Assembly (NCBI RefSeq): GCF_009914755.1
Contig: NC_060929.1
DNA length: 64,000 nucleotides
Source: the human T2T-CHM13v2.0 reference genome, Homo sapiens
Direction: 5' to 3' (one strand)
The notes beneath the pieces were generated by a model. It had not been told where the DNA came from. It worked only from the letters and a program-made list of their open reading frames with translations, and ran no database searches. Positions 54,906 through 64,000 of this stretch are shown in pieces. Position numbers and translations under genes: made by a program. How positions within the stretch are numbered: the stretch's first letter is position 1; each line of letters opens with the position of its first letter.

Positions 54906-56268
54906 AGGGAGTATCACTATTATAACCCAGTGCCATCCTTGATATCAGCATGAAACTTTGTAATATTATACTGCCCCAGGACTTTAACCTTGGAAGATGT
55001 GTAGTTGGGCCGTAAGGGATTTAGTAAAACCTGAAATTTTGGCACATAATGCCAACCAAGCACTTACTTGTTTACTAATAGGCGTGTGACTGTTTCGTTT
55101 TAAAATTTTAAGAGAGTTTATAGGCTATGTTGCCATGACTCTAATCTTCAAGGCTTGTTTGCTTTAAAAGTGTGAGTTTCTGATTATAACAGTAAAGCTA
55201 ATAGTTTGTAAGATATACAAGAAATCACCTGGGAAATATAAATCCTCTATTAACCCATTACTTGGAGATAACCCCTATTACCAGTTTATTGTATTCTTCA
55301 GTCTTTTTTCCTGTATGTACTCTGTGTGTGTGTGTGTCCATCTGAACATGTGACTGAAATGCCTATGTTGAAACTTTTGTTCCCCCCTTATCACCACCAA
55401 ATAGTACAGTGTTGAAGAGTCCATCAGTACAAGCCAAACATAATATCTTACTATTCGTAATGTACATGTTTTATTTCTATGGGATTTAGACATTTTCCAT
55501 ACTCATTAACCATTTGTATCTCCTTTTGTTATTTACCTTTATTTTTATCCTTGGTCCCTCTCTTTTGTTTAATTTTTATTTTATTGGCTTATAAGAAGTG
55601 AGAACTGATATTAATCTTTTATAATCTCACCAGTATCCTTTTTCAATTTGCCATTTCCCTTTTTATAACAGTGAGGTTTTTTTTTTTACTAATAGAAGTT
55701 ATTATTTTTCATTTTGTGCATGTATGTGTGGTCCAAACTGTCAGTCTTTTTTTTATTCTTCTGATTTCTTCCAAGTTTGTTGTTATGTATAGTTGTACAG
55801 AGTTTTGCTTTTTTGACAAGACTGGTCTTGCTCTCAGCATCTCCTGCTCTGATCTCATTGCTTCCCCTCCCTCTTTCTGCTTAACAAGTTCAGCACCAGT
55901 GACGCATTTCTTTACCTTTTCATACTCTTAGTCTGTCAGTATAGGATGATGGTTTTCCTAAGCAGTGAAGAAGTTCTTGGGCAAAAAAAAAAAAAAAAAA
56001 TCTGAATTCTTTCTAAACTGTATTGGTGAGCCTACAAAGGAAGGAAGTCTGTAAGCCAAATGGGCATTACAACAGTTTTTTCCACCTCCCCAGACTCCTG
56101 GAGTTGACTGATACACACACCTTTCTGCTCAGGTATTTGTGGTACCATCAGATTTTCATGCAGTGCTCAAAGGAGAGGCTATTACTTATGAATTTTAGTT
56201 TGCTGGTGAGAACAATTTAGTCATTAGAGATGAATGATCTTTAGGTGCCAGTGAAAGAATTCTCTTTA

Positions 56269-56645
<377 letters not shown>

Positions 56646-57979
56646 TCAGCAGATTTTCCATGCTTGAAATATTATTTCCCAAATGTTTGAACCTGCTTTA
56701 TAGATCTTTAATAAAAATGTTCATTCAGCAAGGCAATGACCTCCTTTAGCTGCATAGACATGATAGTACAAGACAAATAGTTCCCTTGCCTCTTTAAATT
56801 TAGGGAATAGGACAAAGGAAAATTAGGTGCTCATGGAGTCATAACAAATTAATTGTTAGCCTTAATAGGAATTAAGTTTCCTGGTGCCCCACATAACCAC
56901 TGTTTCTTTAAAATAATATTAACTTTCTTTTTTGTTTTTTCAAAGGGATTTCTGACATCATACATTTCCTTTTTAAAAAAAAATATGTCAGTCTCAACAA
57001 AATCAACTTGTAAAACCTTATCTTCAGTTTAGGGCACCTTGCTGTCCTCCTTGTAGAGTGTCATTTTATGTTGGTAAAATAGGCAAATCATGTGGCTAAA
57101 CTTTATCCAGGTGATTCCTTTAGTCAGCCATGGGTAGAGCATCATCTTGGAATCATCTAATTTTATTAAAACCTTTTTCACTGAGCCCCAAGATCAGATT
57201 TCTTATAGTGTGTATGTCCAAGCTATATCATTTCACAGTGCATCTGTTCTGTGACTTCATTTCATTAATAAGTTTCTCTGCATTACGGAGAATACCATCT
57301 TTATGTTCCATGCTGTACTCACTTTTTTTTTTTTGTCCTTAGCCTTTGTGTAATTGCCAATTGTTACTTAAGTAATGACACATCTTGCCCTTCCTGCTTA
57401 AGGAAAAGAATGATAAAATCAGATGGACTGACGTCAGTCAATGTGTTTTCCTAGTCTGGGGTATTGCTTTGTGTCAAGTCAATAATCGGGTGTATATACC
57501 AACATCATTAGTCTTTGTTAATTCCTTTATGCAGATCCATCTGCCCTGTGCCCTTCATTTATCATTTTGGCCCTTTAGGAAGTCTGTAATGTTGATGTAT
57601 AATCTATTCCTAGTAATAATTCAATGACATTGTTCATATTTCCCTAATCTCTGGGTGTAAGAGAATTTAATCTGAATGGCCTTTGATTTAGATTTTTATT
57701 CTCTCCTTTATTATAAATTAAAGCTGTTGGAAACTGATGCCTAATTTTAATTTTGAAGCTCACCCATGTTAACAAAAGTGGTAGCAACTTTTTTTTTTTT
57801 TGTAAGAACATGGGTCATCCTGGGCAGACACCCATAGGGCAGGTTTTTCATTCTGTTTAATTTTGCTTTTCAATCACAATTTTGCAGCATTTTTGTTGTG
57901 TTTGTGTATCCACTGGGGACTTTGTTTAGCTAGGGTTGGTTGCTGAAGTCCCAGCTGGATCTTAATTACATATTTTCCA

Positions 57980-58550
57980 TGTTAGAATTGACAGTCCTTA
58001 AAGAAAGATTGGATGTAGGGTGAGACAGAGTTGATCAAAGGTGACTTCCAGCTTGCTGAGAATATGGAAGACTGGACGGGACATTTCTCAAGATGGAAGA
58101 AACGAGAAAAATGAATCAGAGGTCATACTTAAGAGTTCACTTTGCTGCATATTGGGCCAACTTGCTCATGAGTCATTCAAGTGATGTAAATAGGCAGTTG
58201 TTGTTACATAGGTCTGAAACTCAGAGGTTGCCTCTGTGTTGGCGATGTCAGTTGGAAGCCATTAATTCACTGATGGTATTTAAAATAGTGAGAGGGGAGG
58301 AAATCATTGAAAGGAGAGTTGGAGTGAGAAGAAGCCAAAGCCTGGCTCTACAATGCTAACATTTTAAGGTCCTGAGAGGACACATGGCCAGCAGGAGACT
58401 GAGAAGCAGAAACCTGAGATGCAGGAGGGAAGGTGGAGAATGCAGTGCCATAGAATCCAAGAGCAGACGGGTGCCCACAATGAGGGAGGCGTCCATCTTA
58501 ACATCAAGTCAGCCAGCCCTATCAGGTGCGTCACAGATGTCCACTGAAAG
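57980..58550 (-). mobile_element. Degenerate L2 body
   Basis: attcaagtgatgtaaataggcagttg...ggtatttaaaatagtgagagg...ggagactgagaag...tgccatagaatccaag. Confidence 0.6.
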
Positions 58551-60289
58551 AATAAATAATTGTTTATAGATAAATGGCCAAAGACTCATTTGACTCTTAG
58601 GACCAAAAATGCAGCATGTGCCCTAATGCAAGTCAAGGATTACTTTCCCCCAAAAGAGGGAGTCTTCCTTAATACTGAAGTACCACAAAGCCCTGTACAT
58701 CATACATTATCTTAATTACTTTATTTTGAAAGTAGTTTTAGCAAATCTTTCATTTGCCTTGTCCATAATATAATCCATTTCAACCATTGCTAAGCTGAAT
58801 GGAGGCTGTTGCCTTTCAAACTCTTCCATAATTTAGTTGCCAAGGTGAGACTGATATACAACCTGCCAAGTCCAAAAAGCAGCCAAACAGGGCAGTGCTT
58901 CACCTAAAGCAAGGAAATCTAAAACTTTCTATTTTTGACAGAAAATCGACATTGGGAATTCTTGAGGTTAGATTCTTATAAATTTTAGAGAGGAGAAGAA
59001 CTCTTGAAAAACTAGAGTCTCAAAATAGTCAACTTCTTGAAGTTACTGAGATAGGATAATCTTTTTAGTATCAAATTTTGTCAAAAAAATACAATTGGAA
59101 ATTAAAATAATTGGTTTATCTACTTTGTCCATTTTTGTATTCGACATTTTCAGATTTAAATCTGGTGCAGCATATAATTACATATTTATTGCTTAAAATG
59201 TCTAAATTAATAAATAGTATAAATGACAATGTATTAGTATATATATGCTAAATCCCTAAAAGTTTATGTATTCAAACTGGGAAAAATAATTTTCTCATCT
59301 GCTAGTTGAAAATGAGAAATTGCCTTGTGTCTAGGGTTGCTTTTGTTCTAAGATATGATCAGTGACCACCTAGAAAGTAAAAGGTACATTTAAAATTCTT
59401 CCTAGTCACCTCTCACTCTTGTGGTTTTGAGAACATGGTAGTCTGTGACAGGACAGTTTCGGTGACCGTCACAGTGATTTCTGTGGCTTTGGCTTTTCTG
59501 CTCCTAGCTCACTCGTCAGCAGTTTACTCTCAGGTTTATCTCTGAATTTGAGTTAGAAATCCTCAGCTGTATGTAAATAGAGACTGTCTTCCTCCAGTCA
59601 TTAGCTGGTGAGAGAGTGTGGATTTGTGTCACAGGCAAACTAACTGTTCCACAGAGACAAAAGGACTTGAGGCAGGGGCTCCGTTAGTGTGAGGATCAGC
59701 CAGCTGTCTTCATTAAGTGCCCAGTGCCATAGACAGAAGGCTGAATGCTCAACACAGCCACAGTGGCCTGTACCCATCAGGCAACCAGTAAGGGAAGTTT
59801 AAAAGTCTGTATCTTAAAATCAAGTATATATGCTAAAAAGCATTTTCTTTTTTTGGCACATTTAAATATCATGTACAGGAATGATATCTGTATCTTTGAA
59901 CTTATTCATTCTGGCATAATTGTAGTTTCAGCTTTATGATGCTTTAATGCAGATTTTAAAAACTGACTACAGCAATGTATGAGTACTTCTCTACAAAAGC
60001 CGTGTAAACTGCAGGCTTTGAAGTTCTAAGCTTTCATGTTTGGAGTAACAGTGAGTAATTGCAGAGCTTGTCATGAAGTGTTCAGGTGTGCACACACTGT
60101 GGCAACCCAGAAGTTTAGAGGGTTCAAGCCTGGGGAGGAGGAGCCCATCAACACTCTGCACTGGAGTTGGTAGCATATTTTGGTTTCCCTAGTCAAGGGA
60201 GGAGAGAGGTAGATAAAATTTAGAAGTGTATAAATACAAAAACAGTCATATAGTTTTAGGGGGGAGAGATGAATTTTGCTTGAAAAAAA

Positions 60290-60890
60290 TCTGAACTATT
60301 TTAGATGTTTTTAAAAATATGTTTAAAAACTTCTATTTACAAAAGCTGTATATATTCAGTGTAGAAAACTTGGAAAATATAAGAACAAAGAAGAATTGAA
60401 AAATCATCTATATTGTCCCCCTTAAAAGAAACATATAGATAAAAGAAAATAGAAATAAATAAATATAAATCATCTATATTCTTATCCATTACTCAGAATT
60501 AACTACTTAACATTTGAATGTATGTCTGTGCATTTTATATATCTATTATAATATTTATAACATCCTTACATAAATTTATATAAATATGATTTATATATAT
60601 ACATTTGTATATACATATATAAATGTATGATCATAAATATAATTTTATGTCTATATCATTTTCTTTTAGCATTATGTTTTGACTGTTTTTATATGTCCTT
60701 AAATATCTTTTTTCCCCTAATGGTTGGTTTCAAAAGATACAAAATATTCTATTTTATGGAAGTGCCATAACTGCCTCCCCCTAATGGACATTTTGGCTGT
60801 TCCCAGTATTTTTGTTCTTATAAGTAATGCTGTGGTGAATAGCATTATTCATGAATCTTTGTGATCAACTCTGATTAGTTTCTCAGCTTA
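60290..60890 (-). mobile_element. L1ME-type 3' fragment with AT-rich low-complexity core
   Basis: tgtagaaaacttggaaaatata...atggacattttggctgttcccagtattttt...aatgctgtggtgaatagcatt. Confidence 0.6.
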
Positions 60891-61374
60891 ATCCAAGAAA
60901 AATGTTCTTTCAAGTGTTGGCCTTTTATTGTCTTGTATTTGTGTTGTTGGGCTTTCCATTATTTCCTTACTTAGATTTTTGAGGCCCTAGAAGCCAGAGA
61001 TTGTATCCACAGGAAATGCTCTTTAATGCTTGCTGCAAATGACATTTAATAAGCATCAAGAATGTGTTGTATAGGCACCAAGATAACTTTACACATATCT
61101 AAGTACCTCTCCAGTATGTTCTCCCTAGCTGAAACAATAGCCAGTTGTGTTAAACTTCCAGGAACTTTGTACCCAGTGACATCATGATGACCTGATGACG
61201 TCAGTGAGATGAATGAAGAAGGAACTATTGCAGGAGGCTACAGAGCCTGTCACACTTTTGTTCCTGCCAGACATTGAGGACTATACTTTAGTGTAGAAAC
61301 CTCCTTCTACTATGTAACTCAGAAATTCTGCTACCCAAACCCTTTTGATTTTGAGATGGCTGACAATTAATGAT

Positions 61375-61565
61375 ATGCTAAATGGTGTACATAATAAACA
61401 CTGGACCGCAGGGTAAAAGATCTGGTCTTTACCTAGCCCTCCCAGTTAGCAGCAATTCTACTTTGGGCAGTTCACTCTCTGGGTCTCAACCTCCTCATCT
61501 ATCAAATGGAAGTAGTCAAACTTGCTCTTGGAACCTCATATGATTGTTTAAATGGGAAAGTATTT
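61375..61565 (+). mobile_element. MIR-family fragment
   Basis: ctttgggcagttcactctctgggtctcaacctcctcatctatcaaatgg. Confidence 0.6.
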
Positions 61566-62395
61566 TCAGTATTATAAAGTACAACAACAGTGTCAAGTTT
61601 TAAGAAACTACCAGAGGATTATTACAACCAATCTGAATTTATAGCTAGAAATTTGTAGCTAGAAATGATACGACATCATAGTGTGTAAATACAAAGCAAA
61701 TTAGGACACAGGCTTATTGCCATCTCCAAGGGGATTATTGACAAGGCATGTGTCATCCATGTAACCAAGTCTCTGCTGGGACACACTTGCAGTAGTCTGT
61801 GATATTTTCATTTTGATATACCAACCTTTGGAGGTCCCTTTGCTGGTACAGTTACTCTGGTTTCGAGCTGATTTGGGAAATTAATGGCATTTAAAAAAAA
61901 ATCAACTCCAGTAGATCAGAACCACGGCAGTTCCAGAGAGGCTGCCTCAGTGATAGGGAGAGGCAAGGGTGATCTGGTAATGGGATTCACAGCCCCTACC
62001 CCACCTTTGCTTCATTCAACCAGAGAAGCTCAACCTGTCCCATTTTGGACTAAGGAGTAATCTTTTGCTTGAGCTGAAGAATCGGTGTACACACACATAC
62101 ACACACACAGGCTTGAAACCATTCTAGGAAACGGAGACCCAGTGCACCTAGTGTCCAGGATCCTGTGACTTGCTGGTATCTGACCCAGCTCTGGAGCTCT
62201 GCTCCCCAGATCTCTGCATCTTGCACCCCTCCCAGTGAGGCCCTGGAATCTATCCCTGAAGATGCCTTCTAGAAGAATCAGGAAAGACCTGGGACATCTC
62301 CAGAGTGAGCCTTGATTCACTCTTCTCTCTGGGTCCTGAACACAGTGTTTAGATGAATGATTTTCTTCATTTATGTTTCATCTGTCCTATTCTGT

Positions 62396-62773
62396 TGTAT
62401 TAGTCTGTTCTCATGCTGCTATGAAGAAATACTCGAGACTGGGTAATTTATAAAGGAGAGGTTTAATTGACTCACAGTTCTGCATGGCTGGGAAGGCCTC
62501 AGAAAACTTACAATCATGGCGGAAGGTGAAGGGGGAAGAAAGGTACCTTATTCACAGGGCGGCAGGAAAGAGTGAGAGCAAGCAGGGGAAATGCCAGATG
62601 ATTATAAGGCCGTCAGATCTTGTGAGACTCACTCCCTATCACGAGAATAGCATGGGAGAAACCATCTCCATGATCCAGTCACTTTCCCCTGGGTCCCTCC
62701 CACAACATGTGGGGATTATAGGAAGTACAATTCAAAATGAGATTTTGGGTGGGGACACAGCCAAGCCATATTA
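62396..62773 (-). mobile_element. THE1 (C/D-like) ERVL-MaLR solo LTR with perfect 5-bp TSD TCTGT
   Basis: tgtattagtctgttctcatgctgctatgaagaaatac...gagattttgggtggggacacagccaagccatatta; TSD at 62391-62395 and 62774-62778. Confidence 0.93.
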
Positions 62774-63449
62774 TCTGTCAAAGAACTTGGGTCCCCCACT
62801 TAAATAGATAGTGGTGGTGGGGTGGGAAGAAACCTCACTTTTCCAAAAAGAAATACAGGCATTTTTTTTGTTTACAGTCATTTTGTTGTGATATTTATCA
62901 TTTATGGGATGTTTTAAGTATAGAAAAAATTCTAGTATTATTTTAGGAATGAACTATATTGCTGTGGTACATTAAAATAGTAGTCAAGAGATAAGCAAGG
63001 TAATAGTAAGCTAACAGGTCTCATGCAACTAAATCATGTCAAGAATAGTCAGCAGGAGACGGCACCCACCTGAGAAACACGTGGGCTGAGAGAGGAAAAC
63101 TTCCTAACCTTTGTAATAAAAACCATGCATTTCCTAAGTATTCCGCTGACCCTCCTGCTGACACCCTTCTCGTTGGTGGAGAGTCGCTGATACACGTATA
63201 CCTAAGGACGTCCCCAAAGCATGAGCATTCTAAAGTGGTCCATGTATTAAGGTATCAGATGTTGATGAACAGAGAGACTGGCATTTAATTACATGGACTC
63301 TGCTCATCTTTTATCCTTAGATATAAAGAAGTTATATTTCAGGTTAATTTTCTTAAAGTTTTATCATGGTCTGCTAACAATCAAATATGACTTTGAACAA
63401 TTCTCTTAACTTGGCTTTAATTTCCTTTTCTGTTAAAGGAGGAGATTGG

Positions 63450-63476
<27 letters not shown>
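63450..63476. repeat. (TA)n microsatellite
   Basis: Seen directly in the sequence. Confidence 0.95.
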
Positions 63477-63481
<5 letters not shown>

Positions 63482-64000
63482 TTAAAATATTCCTTCTAAG
63501 GCTGTACCTTCATATTTCTAGTTCTTTGGCTTTAAAGAAGATTTTCTTTCACCCTGTGTTCTCAGGATTAATATATACCTGCCTTGTGTTCTCCATTGGA
63601 GGCATGCTTTTAGTATTCCAGGTCTGATGACAAATGACACTCTCAGCATCTAAAATATTAAAGATAAAAGAATGGGTTAGCTGGTTGGGCCCAACAGACA
63701 TAAGATGTGAGGGCATGCCCGAGTGACCCCCAGCATGTTCTGGATATGCACTCCGCATTTCATCAGCATCTGAGGATGGATGTGCCCTTTGGAAGGAATT
63801 TTGAGAGGAAAACAGGTTGTCCTGTGGACCGTGCCTCCCAGGAACTTTGAAGGCCAGGTATCCCCTTGTTTATCTGGAGAAGCAACACATCCCAGTTTGT
63901 GGTAGTTATATCTATCCGCTGGAACAATTAGGCCTAAAGCCTATTTTTGCACATGTGGGAATGTACTGGAAGTCCTGCAATAGTTACCAGAGTGACCGGC

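Noticed and set aside
62484-62807. 107-aa ORF
   Set aside because: Almost entirely within the THE1 LTR; a common spurious frame.

Overview
This is AT-rich primate (almost certainly human) genomic DNA, not prokaryotic: no operons, CRISPR arrays, rRNA or tRNA genes are visible. The only convincing coding sequence is one 89-nt internal exon on the + strand (48566-48654, ag|...|gtaatt) encoding (S)[29 protein letters not shown](G). I recognise this as the N-terminal pre-DUF1908 segment of the MAST-family kinase MAST4. The rest of the window is read as two large MAST4 introns filled with interspersed repeats: ten Alu/FLAM copies, L2, MIR, old L1M fragments, hAT and Tigger DNA transposons, and three solo LTRs. 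Many are nested and several retain target-site duplications (TSDs). I see no evidence of a new multi-gene system. The most interesting unexplained signals are: a 33-bp-stem inverted duplication (pre-miRNA-sized hairpin with an A-C mismatch) inside a cluster of non-B-DNA motifs at ~18.2-18.6 kb; an antisense Alu carrying both splice sites whose 117-nt form would be an in-frame, stop-free MAST4 cassette exon; an antisense ORF with a strong donor site between inverted Alus; a possible retrocopy at ~26.8-27.3 kb; and several enhancer-like motif clusters. Repeat subfamily names and boundaries are by eye from remembered consensus sequences and need RepeatMasker/Dfam confirmation.
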